Source of the DNA: Gordonia sp. (in: high G+C Gram-positive bacteria)
GTDB taxonomy: Bacteria; Actinomycetota; Actinomycetes; Mycobacteriales; Mycobacteriaceae
Assembly: GCA_047605505.1 (NCBI GenBank)
Contig: JASGFO010000001.1
Coordinates: 1,703-65,702 of the forward strand
DNA length: 64,000 nucleotides
Reading direction: 5' to 3'
A model generated the notes under the pieces. The model worked only from the letters and a program-made list of their open reading frames with translations. It had not been told where the DNA came from and searched no databases. A program made the position numbers and the translations under genes. Positions 19,923-29,853 of this stretch are shown here, piece by piece. Position 1 is the stretch's first letter. Each line of letters opens with the position of its first letter.

Positions 19923-20567
19923 ATGACTCGTGGGATTCCTGCAGGCGCCCGCTGGGCAATGGTGTTTGCTGTCATTTGCGGGGCGGTCCTGGGAGCACTC
20001 ATCGCCTTCGCCGCGACACCGCACAGCACGCACTATCGTGCGGAGGCAAAGGTGGCACTGCTTCCAAAGCCCAATCTGCCGATCGCTGAGAGTGCCAACT
20101 TCTGGGAAGTGCTCTCCAGTGGGCAAATCTCGAAGACCGCGGCGACCGTGTACCAGGACGCCGACCGATGGCTCGCTCCCGCGGCGCAGGCCGCGGGGGT
20201 ACCGCAATCAGACCTGAGTCTCGCCGCTGCCGAGGTGCCTGGAACATGCATCGTCAAGGTGACGGTGGAGGGTCCGACCAAAGAAGCGGCCTCGACCGCC
20301 CTCAATAACGTTCTCGGCACGGCAAACCCGCAGGTCACGGCAGTATCTGCACCGTTCGTCATCAATGTGATGGACGCGGGAGCGGACAGCGTCCGCGAGG
20401 TGACCGGCGTGTCCGGCCCCCAGATCATCGCCGCCGGATTCCTCGCCGGCGCCATCGTCGGTGCGGGTGCCGGGCTTCTGCTCCTCCGCTGGCGACGACG
20501 GCGATCGGAACCGAGCACCAGCGACACGAGCGGCGATACGGTGGACGCCTCAAGCACGAAGCGATGA
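19923..20567 (+). CDS. Wzz/YveK-like polysaccharide co-polymerase (chain-length) protein
   Basis: N-terminal TM followed by Y.A.A.V.L.P, extracytoplasmic loop, C-terminal Gly-rich TM. GGAG RBS. Confidence 0.65.
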   Translation: MTRGIPAGARWAMVFAVICGAVLGALIAFAATPHSTHYRAEAKVALLPKPNLPIAESANFWEVLSSGQISKTAATVYQDADRWLAPAAQAAGVPQSDLSLAAAEVPGTCIVKVTVEGPTKEAASTALNNVLGTANPQVTAVSAPFVINVMDAGADSVREVTGVSGPQIIAAGFLAGAIVGAGAGLLLLRWRRRRSEPSTSDTSGDTVDASSTKR

Positions 20568-22645
20568 CGTCCACCAAGGCCGCCGCGGCACCGACGGTCA
20601 GCGGGCCATCGCTGCGCGGCCGGACTCTCGAACGCCAGTTGCCGCTGCTGCTGGTGGTCGCCGGGGTCGTGGCGTTGGTCGGCTTCGTTCGATACGCAGA
20701 CGTCGCTCCCTGGCTGGTGATCGCAGCCCCGATCGCCACCGCGTGCCTGTGGTTTGCCGCACAACGACCCGCCCTGAGCCTGACTCTGATGATCGTGGCC
20801 GAGGCAACCAATACTTCCGGCGTCCTTTCGGGTTACGCCGACCTCCCAGTCTTCGAGTCCTCCCTCGCACTCGGCATCGCCGCGTTGTTGCTGGCGGTCC
20901 GAAATTCCGAGATCCGCGCCAGACTCAACCGGTGGACCGTTGCCGCGGCCCTCTTGCTCGGGTGCTATTTGGCCAGCCAATTCCTGGCAACAATCGGCAG
21001 TGCCGACACCGCGCATTCGATCACGGTACTCACCAGCGCCGCCACCGACAGCATCTTCGTGATGGTCGTACTGATGCTCATTCAGGTCACCGGCGGCACC
21101 TGGATCGCGGCCGCGGCCTTCGTCCTCCCGATCGCGGCCATCTCCGTTCTCACCCTGGTGAATCAGGTCTTCTTCGGTGGGACGTTCTCGTTCGGCGGCT
21201 TCGCGCAGGTGACCCATGCCTACGGCGAGAACATCACGACATTGCGGTACGGCGGCCCGCTGCCCGATTCCAACTTCTGGGGGCGCCATCTCGTGATGGC
21301 ATTGCCCTTGTCCGCTGCGCTCCTCACCCGCGCCGCCCGGGACGGCACGCATCGTCAGCAGGCGGCCTGGACTGCGGTGCTCCTCGCGATCGTCGCGGGC
21401 ATCTACCTCACCCAGTCCAGGGGAACATTCCTGGCCACCGCCGTTGCGGTCGTGATATTCGTCCTGGCCTGCGGACCGACCGCCCGACGGTGGGGACTGT
21501 TTGCGCTGCCGATCGTTGCCGTTGCCGGCCTGCTGGCCCCGGGGATCGGTGACCGTCTCACCTCTGCCGCCGACGAGATCCGCAGCAGCGGGACCGACAC
21601 GTCCGTCGTCGACCCATCCATTCTCGGACGTCTCGCGTCACAGGAGATGGCTGTCCTGATGTTCACGAACGAGCCCGCCTTCGGCTATGGCCCGGGCACG
21701 TTCGGTGGCTTCGCCGACGAGTACACGGGACAGGTGCCGACGGCGATCTCGCCGAATCAGGCCATCGAGGCGCCCCACAATCTCTACCTGGAAACCGCCG
21801 CCGAGAGTGGCGTTGTCGGCCTCGTCGGCTGGGCTGTCTTGCTGCTCGGTGTGCTGTCGCTGCCGCTGCTCCGACTGATCGCCCGGCCCCGGGCACCCGA
21901 CCGGGTACTGGCCGCGGGCACCTGCGCGGCGATCCTCGCCTGGTCGGCGGCGAGCGTGACGTTGCATCTCGCCTACTTCCGAACCTTCGGGATCATCCTC
22001 GCATTGGCTGCGGCCTTGGCGCCGCGCCCGCCGGTCACCCGCGCCGTCGAAACCCTGCTGCGCGGCGCTGCGGTCTGGCTGGCCGCGGCGCTGATCGGTG
22101 CCACAGTGGCATGGGGAGTCTCCGCCGCGACATCACATCCCGGTTTCACGGCCAGTCAGCGCGTGACCGTGAAACCTGTCGGACCGGTCACCGGCGACTA
22201 CCTCTACGGCCTCGAGCTGCGGTCCCGTACCACCCTCTTCCCGACCCTCGCACTCATTCTGCATCCCACTGACGATGACGTCTCGGTTGCTTCCGACGGG
22301 ATTCGCGGCATGCTGACCTTCAGCTCGACCGCCTCGACCAGGGCCGACGCGGTCGCCGCGGTCACCCAGGCCGTGCACCAGGCCGACGAGGCCACTCGGG
22401 TCCGCATGGGGGGTTCGTACACGTTGGCCCAGGTCTATGACGATGTTAGGGTCGAGGCAACGTCGACGCGTTCCACCCAGGGACAGGTACTCAGGATCAT
22501 CGCCGGAGCCGCCGCCGCCCTCCTTGCCGGACTCATCGGCCAGAGATTCTTTGTCACCCGACGACGTCGGCCCCCGACCACCGGTTCCGTCGATCATCCA
22601 CAACTCGGCACCACTGCGGCCGACATCGAGAAAGTGCACCAATGA
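20564..22645 (+). CDS. O-antigen ligase/Wzy-family polymerase with a C-terminal Wzz-like extension
   Basis: RYGGPLPDSNFWG, LTQSRG, S..GR, P.FGYGPG.F, APHNLYLE.AAE.G. Confidence 0.85.
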   Translation: MTSTKAAAAPTVSGPSLRGRTLERQLPLLLVVAGVVALVGFVRYADVAPWLVIAAPIATACLWFAAQRPALSLTLMIVAEATNTSGVLSGYADLPVFESSLALGIAALLLAVRNSEIRARLNRWTVAAALLLGCYLASQFLATIGSADTAHSITVLTSAATDSIFVMVVLMLIQVTGGTWIAAAAFVLPIAAISVLTLVNQVFFGGTFSFGGFAQVTHAYGENITTLRYGGPLPDSNFWGRHLVMALPLSAALLTRAARDGTHRQQAAWTAVLLAIVAGIYLTQSRGTFLATAVAVVIFVLACGPTARRWGLFALPIVAVAGLLAPGIGDRLTSAADEIRSSGTDTSVVDPSILGRLASQEMAVLMFTNEPAFGYGPGTFGGFADEYTGQVPTAISPNQAIEAPHNLYLETAAESGVVGLVGWAVLLLGVLSLPLLRLIARPRAPDRVLAAGTCAAILAWSAASVTLHLAYFRTFGIILALAAALAPRPPVTRAVETLLRGAAVWLAAALIGATVAWGVSAATSHPGFTASQRVTVKPVGPVTGDYLYGLELRSRTTLFPTLALILHPTDDDVSVASDGIRGMLTFSSTASTRADAVAAVTQAVHQADEATRVRMGGSYTLAQVYDDVRVEATSTRSTQGQVLRIIAGAAAALLAGLIGQRFFVTRRRRPPTTGSVDHPQLGTTAADIEKVHQ

Positions 22646-23841
22646 ATCGTCCCGCGGTCGTGCTCGTGGAATTCTCCCCCTCGGGCGGACTGTTTCAGTT
22701 CGGCGTCCAGTTGGGTCAAGCTCTCGCCACACGTCTCCAGCCGGTTGAGCTCTGGACCGGACCCGACCCTGAATTATCTTCGGACACAGACGGTTTCACC
22801 GTGAAGTCCACGTTCCCGACCTGGCATCCGGCGGAGTCCGGCGAGCCCGACCCGTCACGGCTGCTCCGTCTGGGACGGCGGGGCATCCGAGCGGGACGGC
22901 TGATAGTGGCCTGGATCGTGCTGGGCATCCGGCTTGGCCGCGTCCGTCCCCGGGCGGTGATCTTCTCCCACTGGCGCTTCACCTTTGAGCCGTTGTTCGT
23001 CGCGTTCTACTCGCGCTTGTTCCCGGCGACCACCTTCTCGCTCATTGCGCACGAGCCGTTTCCGCGGTCGGATGCCAAGGACACCAGTACGGAGAAGTCC
23101 GGCCGCGTGCTGTCGTGGAGCTTCCGCACGGCCTGGCGCAGCCTTGATTCCGCCTTCGTGCTCGGTTCCCGCACAAGGCAACTCGTGATCGACCAGTGGC
23201 GGCCGCGGTGCGACGTTGCGGTGATCCCGCACGGCGACGAGGATGCGTTGCGGTCGGTGGCCACGGCAACGGCGATTCCCCGGCCATCCGAGTCGGATGC
23301 GGTGGTCCTGTTTTTCGGAACGTGGACGGCGTACAAGGGCATCGACGACCTGCTCGACGCTTTCCGGCTCGTCCGTCGACAGTACCCGGCCGCACAGCTC
23401 ACGATGGCCGGCGCGGTGGGCGCGGACATCGATGTGTCGACGGTTCTCGACACCGCACGAGCGGTCGGTAACGTCGAGACCTACCCGGGATACGTACCGT
23501 CCGAGCAGGTTGCCGCCCTGGTCGCCTCGTCACGAATCGTTGTCGCACCCTATATCCGCGCGAGCCAGAGCGGGGTTGTCCACCTTGCCTACACCTTTGG
23601 GCGACCGGTGGTTGCCACAACGGTGGGAGACATCGAAGACGTCGTCACAGATGGCCACAACGGCCTGCTCGTGCCACCCCACGACCCGCAGGCCCTGTCG
23701 GACGCGATGCTGACGCTGCTCCGAGATCCGGAATTGTCCGATCGATTAGGAACGAATGGGCAGAAGGACATAGACGGCGCCTGGGCCGAGGCGGCCGGGA
23801 TCATCGCCGAAACACTCGCCCGAACCGGATCGGCGAAGTGA
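22642..23841 (+). CDS. GT4 glycosyltransferase
   Basis: FFG...YKG, PY..ASQSGV..LAY.FGRPVVAT.VG. Confidence 0.88.
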   Translation: MNRPAVVLVEFSPSGGLFQFGVQLGQALATRLQPVELWTGPDPELSSDTDGFTVKSTFPTWHPAESGEPDPSRLLRLGRRGIRAGRLIVAWIVLGIRLGRVRPRAVIFSHWRFTFEPLFVAFYSRLFPATTFSLIAHEPFPRSDAKDTSTEKSGRVLSWSFRTAWRSLDSAFVLGSRTRQLVIDQWRPRCDVAVIPHGDEDALRSVATATAIPRPSESDAVVLFFGTWTAYKGIDDLLDAFRLVRRQYPAAQLTMAGAVGADIDVSTVLDTARAVGNVETYPGYVPSEQVAALVASSRIVVAPYIRASQSGVVHLAYTFGRPVVATTVGDIEDVVTDGHNGLLVPPHDPQALSDAMLTLLRDPELSDRLGTNGQKDIDGAWAEAAGIIAETLARTGSAK

Positions 23842-23930
23842 CCGAGGTGTCCGACACCGGCGCGACATATCGGCCGGGCGTGATTCGTTCGACCATGACC
23901 AAAACCAAGCTGAGAGTGGTGAAGTAGGCA

Positions 23931-25058
23931 ATGCGTGTTCTCGTCCTCATCGACGCATTTCGCATGGGCGGTGCCGAGACCTTGCTGGCACCCATGGTGA
24001 TCGCGTCGCGTGCGACAGATGTTCACATGGACGTCGTCGGTTTGGCGGAAGAATCCGTCAATGCCGAGAAAACGATGACGATACTTGCGGCGGCGGACAT
24101 CCCGACCCAATCGTTGGGAATCAAACGGCTGGCCGACCCGACCGCCATCCCGAAACTCGCCGGACTCATCCGGCGCGGAGGCTATGACGTCGTCCACGCG
24201 CACCTGGAGATGGCGATGTCCCACGCGCTGCCGGCTACCCGGATTACGCGCACTCCGCTGGTCTGCACCTTCCACCATGTGGCGCGCGAGCTGAGCGGCC
24301 GGGCCGCATGGCGTGAGCGGATTGCCGTCAGCGCCGCGAGTGCGTCCGAACGCGCGTTGTTCGTCTCGGAGGCGTCGCGCGCGTCGTTTCAACAGATGTA
24401 TCGCCCGCGCGGTCTGCCGGCGAACTGGCAGGTGATGCACAACGGCATCGATATATCGACATTTTCACCGGGTCCGGCCGATCCGGCGATCCGCGCGCAG
24501 CTCGGTGGCGACGATCACCTCATCGTTGTGCTGCCGGCCGCCTTCCGAGACTTCAAAGGGATTCCGGTCGCCATCCGGGCCTGGCCCGAGGTCATCCGCC
24601 GGCATCCCAATGCGGTGTTGACACTGGTCGGCGGCGGCGATCTCGAAGACGACCTGAGAGCCGAGGTTGATGCGTTGGGCCTTCAGCAGTCGGTGCGATT
24701 CGCCGGTGTCCGCACGGATATGCCCGACGTCTACCGCGCGGCCGACCTTGTACTGCTGCCATCGACGCACGGCGAGAACCTGCCGACGGTGCTGATCGAG
24801 GCGTCGGCGAGCGCGCGCACAGTCGCGGCCTCGCGTATCGGCGGTATCCCCGACATCGTGGCCGAAGGCGAGACCGGGTTGTTGTTCGAACCCAACAATC
24901 CCGCCGCGCTGGCCGCAACAGTCAACCAGTTGCTGTCCGACCCGGATCTCCGCCGGGATCTGGGCAATGCTGCCGAGCTCCGGGCGAAGGAGCACTTCTC
25001 TTCGGCTGCTTGGATTTCCAGACTCAGAGACACCTACGAAGAAGTCATCGCGCAGTGA
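23931..25058 (+). CDS. GT4 glycosyltransferase
   Basis: MGGAE, DVVHAH, NGID, KG, ENLPTVLIEA, GG.PDIV. Confidence 0.9.
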   Translation: MRVLVLIDAFRMGGAETLLAPMVIASRATDVHMDVVGLAEESVNAEKTMTILAAADIPTQSLGIKRLADPTAIPKLAGLIRRGGYDVVHAHLEMAMSHALPATRITRTPLVCTFHHVARELSGRAAWRERIAVSAASASERALFVSEASRASFQQMYRPRGLPANWQVMHNGIDISTFSPGPADPAIRAQLGGDDHLIVVLPAAFRDFKGIPVAIRAWPEVIRRHPNAVLTLVGGGDLEDDLRAEVDALGLQQSVRFAGVRTDMPDVYRAADLVLLPSTHGENLPTVLIEASASARTVAASRIGGIPDIVAEGETGLLFEPNNPAALAATVNQLLSDPDLRRDLGNAAELRAKEHFSSAAWISRLRDTYEEVIAQ

Positions 25059-26269
25059 ACACGAACCGTCCGCCACGGCTTGTCTATCTGGTGTCACGTT
25101 TTCCCGTGACCTCGGAGACCTTCATCGTGCGCGAACTCGATGCGATCGCAGCGCAGAGCGAGACCATACCGGAGCTTCGGTCGTTGTTTCCGGCGCCCGG
25201 CCATGTGGTCCATCCGGTTGCCCGGAAATGGGTCCCCCGATTGATCCAGCACAGTGCGCTCGACGCGATCGGCGGTGTGGCCTGGGCGATGGTGCGAAAG
25301 ACCCGATCACTGTTCCGGGTCGGGGTCACCGTGACCTCCGAGTACCGAAGCAGTCCCGGTCACCTGTTCCGGGCGCTTGTCACGGTGCTGCTCGCGACTG
25401 CGCACGCGCGCGACCTTGCCCGCAACCCGGACCCGCCGCACATACACGCGCACTACGCCACCTACCCCGCTCTGGCGGCCTGGGTCTGCCACGAACTGAT
25501 CGGTAGCACGTACAGTTTCACCGCACACGCCCACGACTTGTATGTCACCCAGGCGATGCTCCGCAGAAAGGTTGCCGACGCCGAGCTTGTCGTCACCATC
25601 TCCGAGTACAACCGCGAGCTGCTCCGCGGTCTCGACGCCGGACCGACTCCGATCGAGGTGGTGCACTGCGGGATCGACACCGCCGGCTATCCCTATCGCT
25701 CGCGTCATATCCCGACCGAGGGTCCGATCAACGTATTGACGGTGGCGTCGCTCCAGGAGTACAAGGGCCACGAGGTACTCCTGCGGGCGATGGCCATGGG
25801 CGGGAACGGCATCGACCGGCTGGAGCTCGATCTCATCGGCGACGGCCCGTTGCGCAACGATCTCGAACAATTGGCGCAACGGCTGGGCATCGCGGGCCGG
25901 GTTCGGTTCCTCGGTGGCCGTACCGAGACCGAGGTCCGCGACGCGCTCGTCGGCGCCGACCTGTTCGTGCTGCCGAGCATCGTCGCCTCCGACGGGCAGA
26001 TGGAGGGGCTACCTGTCGCGCTGATGGAGTCGCTCGCGAGCGGCGTACCGACAATTTCGACACAGCTTTCCGGCATTCCCGAGATCGTGGTCGACGGCGT
26101 CACCGGCTATCTCGCCCGCCCGGGTGACGTGAACGACATGAACCGAACTCTCCGACGTGCGCTCGCTGAACATGACCCGACGATGAGCGACGCCGGCCGT
26201 GCATTGGTCGTCCGCGAGTTCGACCTCGGGACAACCACCCGGACCCTGTCGGGCCTGTTGTCACCCTAA
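25055..26269 (+). CDS. GT4 glycosyltransferase (WcaL-like)
   Basis: FP..SETFI.RE, HIHAH, FTAHAHD, EG.PV.LME, SGIPEIV. GTG overlaps the upstream stop. Confidence 0.88.
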   Translation: MNTNRPPRLVYLVSRFPVTSETFIVRELDAIAAQSETIPELRSLFPAPGHVVHPVARKWVPRLIQHSALDAIGGVAWAMVRKTRSLFRVGVTVTSEYRSSPGHLFRALVTVLLATAHARDLARNPDPPHIHAHYATYPALAAWVCHELIGSTYSFTAHAHDLYVTQAMLRRKVADAELVVTISEYNRELLRGLDAGPTPIEVVHCGIDTAGYPYRSRHIPTEGPINVLTVASLQEYKGHEVLLRAMAMGGNGIDRLELDLIGDGPLRNDLEQLAQRLGIAGRVRFLGGRTETEVRDALVGADLFVLPSIVASDGQMEGLPVALMESLASGVPTISTQLSGIPEIVVDGVTGYLARPGDVNDMNRTLRRALAEHDPTMSDAGRALVVREFDLGTTTRTLSGLLSP

Positions 26270-27226
26270 TACCTGCAGGCGGCGGAAGGGTATGCCACCC
26301 AGGTCGTCATAATCCCACCTGAGCCCGAAATCGGTATATACCCTTCCGATACCTCCGCCGGAAGAAGATTCCTCGCGCTCGAAACTCACGCTCAACGGGG
26401 TGCCGCCCCTGTCGATCACATAGGCACCGTAGACCTGAAGGGCCTCAGCAACTGTCCGTTCGGCCGCCGTGAGTCTCAGCGAACGCAGGTTCAGATTCGG
26501 GTCGAGCCGTACGCGAGCGCCCTCCGGAATGCAATCCGACCGCTTCGAGGTTCCATCTGTCTTGATTGCCGGGCTATTGAAAATACCTGCACACACGTTG
26601 TCGGTTTGAATCGCCAGCGCATGGGGAATACGCCCCTGCTCAATTTCCGACACCCTGATGACGCCAGCCAGACGCGACGCGCCCGCTCCAGTACTCGCAC
26701 CGCCCCACCCCGAGCCATGCAGATCGTTGACCGCACCCCAACTCGCAGACCACTGACCATTCACGTGCCTCGCCTGCCAGAACTCGTAGATCTCCCCCGC
26801 TTGCTGGTCGATGACCACCATCGCCCCATCCGAGCCGGCTTGCGGCGTCGCCCCCTCCGGGATCGGCACGCGATGCCCGGCGAATGGGCACTCACCCCAC
26901 TCGGTCACCCGGCAGCGAACCGAGTACCGCGGCGTGCTCGTCGTGGCCTGGTAGATCGGGATTCCGAACTCAGACAGGTTCGCGTTCATCGCATTTCTCC
27001 GAGCGGCGCGCCTGATCATCGCGGTGCTGTTCGAAGCCGTCGCTGCAGACGGGTCAAGTTTCCGCCGCCACGGGCTGTCGGAGGCAAAGGGCTCGCTCAC
27101 CGCCTCGTCCGTGGTGGACGCACCGACCGTGGTTGGCGGATCGCCACAGGCAGCGCCGATCGGTGTCAGTACGACAGCGGCCGACCCGCACACAAGCAGC
27201 CGACGCCATCCGAGTCCGAAGGGCAT
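26261..27226 (-). CDS. Secreted/lipoprotein of unknown function in the EPS cluster
   Basis: Signal peptide ending IGAAC, then a Thr/Pro linker and a Trp/Gly-rich globular region. GGAG RBS before ATG 27226. Confidence 0.7.
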   Translation of the reverse strand: MPFGLGWRRLLVCGSAAVVLTPIGAACGDPPTTVGASTTDEAVSEPFASDSPWRRKLDPSAATASNSTAMIRRAARRNAMNANLSEFGIPIYQATTSTPRYSVRCRVTEWGECPFAGHRVPIPEGATPQAGSDGAMVVIDQQAGEIYEFWQARHVNGQWSASWGAVNDLHGSGWGGASTGAGASRLAGVIRVSEIEQGRIPHALAIQTDNVCAGIFNSPAIKTDGTSKRSDCIPEGARVRLDPNLNLRSLRLTAAERTVAEALQVYGAYVIDRGGTPLSVSFEREESSSGGGIGRVYTDFGLRWDYDDLGGIPFRRLQVLG

Positions 27227-27228
27227 CA

Positions 27229-27296
27229 GCACTCCTGCATCCTGGACCAATGGTCCTCGCTTCACTGGCTCACATGAGCACGACCACTGTAGCGAA
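27229..27296 (-). promoter_or_regulatory. Promoter/leader copy 1 (-10 TACAGT, GGACCA-T-TGGTCC palindrome, RBS)
   Basis: 41/47 identity of 27229-27275 to 34264-34310; -10 element at the same offset in both copies. Confidence 0.65.
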
Positions 27297-27343
27297 CGAT
27301 CGGTAACCAGGCGGGATCGGATCGGCCGGCGTCATCCGCCCGG

Positions 27344-28708
27344 TCACGCCGTCGGGGTCTCCGCGCGAGTCAACCGCCGCGGAGACGCCTTCCGCCGCAA
27401 CGCCGGTGCCACCGGGCGGCCCCGCAGGAAGCCGTCGACCGAGCCGGCCGCCAATGCCTCGCGGTATACCGGGAGCGCCCCCCGCACGGCTTCGATGGTC
27501 TCGTCGACGTCGGTGTCGGTGTGCGCGGCGGAGATCACGAAGGACTGGGCGAGCACCCCACGCTCGAGGATCTCCTGCAGGAACAGGGTCCGGAACGGCT
27601 GGGACGGGTGGCCGTCGGGGTCGCGGGTGACGAAGACCTCACACGAGGGCCGGCCGATCACCTGAACCGACTCGGCGACACCGAATTCGGCGGCGGCGGC
27701 GTTGACCTCGTCGGCGAGTCGCTGCCCCGCGCGCATCATCGCGGCCACCGGGTCACCGGTGCGGTAGGCCGCCGCGACGGCGCGGAACGCCGCCAGCGAG
27801 CCGGTCTCCGGCCCGTGCGTCGTCGACAGCAGGAAGACGCGGTCGCGATCGGTGTTCAGCCCACCGAGTTCCATGACTTCCCGTTTCCCGGCCAGCGCCG
27901 AGATCGGGAACCCGTTGCCCATGGCCTTGCCCCAGCACGACAGATCCGGGGTGACGCCGTACACACTCTGCGCTCCGTGCGCCGACCAGCGGAAGCCGGT
28001 GATCATCTCGTCGAAGATCAACAGCGCGCCCCGCTCGTCGCACAGGGCGCGCACAGCTTCGAGGAAGCCGTCGGCGGGTTCGGCCATCGCGGTGGCCGCC
28101 TCCATGATGACCGCGCAGATCTCCCCCGGGTGCTCGTCGAACAGCGTGGTGAGCGAACCGATGTCGTTGTAGGTGAAGTGCAGGCTCGTCGCGGTCGCCG
28201 AGTCGGGGATACCCGCCGACATGTCGGTGGTGCCGATGAACCAGTCGTCGACGGAGAAGAACGGGTGATTGCACAGCGCGACCTTCTCCCGCCCCGTGGC
28301 CGCCCGGGCCAGTCGCAGCGCGGCGGTCGTGGCATCGGAGCCGTTCTTGGCGAACTTCACCATCTCCGCGGTCGGGACGAGTTCCAGGAAGTCTTCGGCC
28401 GCAGCCACTTCCAGGGCGGTGGGCCGAGAGAAGTTGAGTCCGTCGGCGATCGCGGCGCAGGCGGCCTCGACCACCGGCCGGTACCCGTGCCCCAGCGTCA
28501 CCGACCGCAGGCCCATACCGTATTCGACGTACTCGTTGCCGTCGGCGTCCCATACGCGCGCACCGGCTCCCCGCACGAGGACCGGCGCCATGTCGTCGGG
28601 ATACTGATCCGGGCCGCGGGCATAGGTGTGTGCGCCGCCGGGCACGAGTTGATGCAGCCGTGCCTGCAACCGGTTGGATTCGGTGAACACCCGATCGCTG
28701 CCGCTCAT
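27344..28708 (-). CDS. Class III PLP aminotransferase (glutamate-1-semialdehyde aminomutase-like), sugar-cluster associated
   Basis: G.GA.VWD.DGNEY, KNGSDAT, LIFDEMITGFR, PDL...GKAMGNG.P. Confidence 0.88.
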   Translation of the reverse strand: MSGSDRVFTESNRLQARLHQLVPGGAHTYARGPDQYPDDMAPVLVRGAGARVWDADGNEYVEYGMGLRSVTLGHGYRPVVEAACAAIADGLNFSRPTALEVAAAEDFLELVPTAEMVKFAKNGSDATTAALRLARAATGREKVALCNHPFFSVDDWFIGTTDMSAGIPDSATATSLHFTYNDIGSLTTLFDEHPGEICAVIMEAATAMAEPADGFLEAVRALCDERGALLIFDEMITGFRWSAHGAQSVYGVTPDLSCWGKAMGNGFPISALAGKREVMELGGLNTDRDRVFLLSTTHGPETGSLAAFRAVAAAYRTGDPVAAMMRAGQRLADEVNAAAAEFGVAESVQVIGRPSCEVFVTRDPDGHPSQPFRTLFLQEILERGVLAQSFVISAAHTDTDVDETIEAVRGALPVYREALAAGSVDGFLRGRPVAPALRRKASPRRLTRAETPTA

Positions 28709-29853
28709 ACCTGTTCTCCCTGGTCGTCGCGGCCGTAGGCCGCGATGTCGGCGAGGCACGCGGCACGCGCGGCCGCCGGGTCCGTCGCCACCCTCTGATA
28801 CCACCCGACGGTCCGCGCCACCGCTTGCGCCAACCGCCATTTCGGCCGCCAACCAAGGTCGGTGGCTGTCCGCTCGACGGACAGTCGCAGGGTCTGCGCC
28901 TCGGGGAGGTCGTCGGGGCCCGACACGTCGCGCCAGGATCCCTGCTGCCACGCGGCGATCATCGCCTCGGTGAGTTCGGCGACGGTCGCCTCGTCGGCGG
29001 GTACCGGACCGAAGTTCCACGCCCGGCAGTACTGTCCGGCGTCGTCGCCCGCGAGCCGCGCGGCCAGCGTCAGATACCCCGACAGTGGTTCCAGCACATG
29101 CTGCCAGGGGCGCACGGCCGCGGGCCGGCGCAGCGCGATCTCGGCGCCCGCACCCACCGCGCCGACGATGTCGGCGATCAGTCCGTGCGGGGTCCAGTCG
29201 CCGCCGCCGATCACGTTGCCCGCCCGCGCGGTGGCCACCGCGACTCCGTGCCGGTCGATCTCGTCGGCGGGGAAGAACGAGCTGCGGTAGGACGCCGCCA
29301 CCAACTCGGTGCCGGCCTTGCTCGCGCTGTAGGGATCGTGCCCGCCGAGCGGATCGGATTCGGTGAACCGACGGCCGCTCTCGTCGTTCGCGTAGCACTT
29401 GTCGCTGGTGACGACGACCACGGCGCAGCGTTTGTCCAGGCCGCGCACCGCATCCAGCACGGCAGCGGTACCGACGACATTGATGTCGAAGGACTCGATC
29501 GGCGCGGCGTAGCTGTCCAGGACCACCGTCTGTGCGGCCAGATGCAGCACGATGTCGGGCTGGGTGGCGGCGACCACCTCGGCGATCCGGGCGCGATCAC
29601 GGATGTCGGCGCGCACGTCGTCGACGAGCACCTCGCCCACCTGCGACAGCGCGAAGTTGCTGGGCTGCGTCGGCGGCGCCAGCGCGTATCCGGTCACCTC
29701 GGCGCCCAGTTCGGCCAGCCACAGTGCCAGCCAGGAGCCCTTGAACCCGGTGTGCCCGGTGAGCAGCACCGAGCGGCCGGCAAAGGCGGCGCGCAGGTCG
29801 GCAGGGGTCACATCGTGCCTCACCTCGGGAAAGTCGGGTCGGTCGTCGCTCAT
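28705..29853 (-). CDS. rfbG: CDP-glucose 4,6-dehydratase
   Basis: TGHTGFKGSWL, HLAAQ, TSDKCY, DPYSASK, RAGNVIGGGDW, RPWQHVLEPLSGY. Confidence 0.95.
   Translation of the reverse strand: MSDDRPDFPEVRHDVTPADLRAAFAGRSVLLTGHTGFKGSWLALWLAELGAEVTGYALAPPTQPSNFALSQVGEVLVDDVRADIRDRARIAEVVAATQPDIVLHLAAQTVVLDSYAAPIESFDINVVGTAAVLDAVRGLDKRCAVVVVTSDKCYANDESGRRFTESDPLGGHDPYSASKAGTELVAASYRSSFFPADEIDRHGVAVATARAGNVIGGGDWTPHGLIADIVGAVGAGAEIALRRPAAVRPWQHVLEPLSGYLTLAARLAGDDAGQYCRAWNFGPVPADEATVAELTEAMIAAWQQGSWRDVSGPDDLPEAQTLRLSVERTATDLGWRPKWRLAQAVARTVGWYQRVATDPAAARAACLADIAAYGRDDQGEQV

Noticed and set aside
27344-28708. hemL (tetrapyrrole GSA aminomutase)
   Set aside because: Embedded in a nucleotide-sugar operon with no hem genes; treated as a family-level homolog only.
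28709-29398. N-terminal extension of the aminotransferase (684-aa ORF); likewise the long upstream extensions of menD, menJ and menE
   Set aside because: They overlap neighbouring genes; coupled or leaderless starts explain the real genes better.
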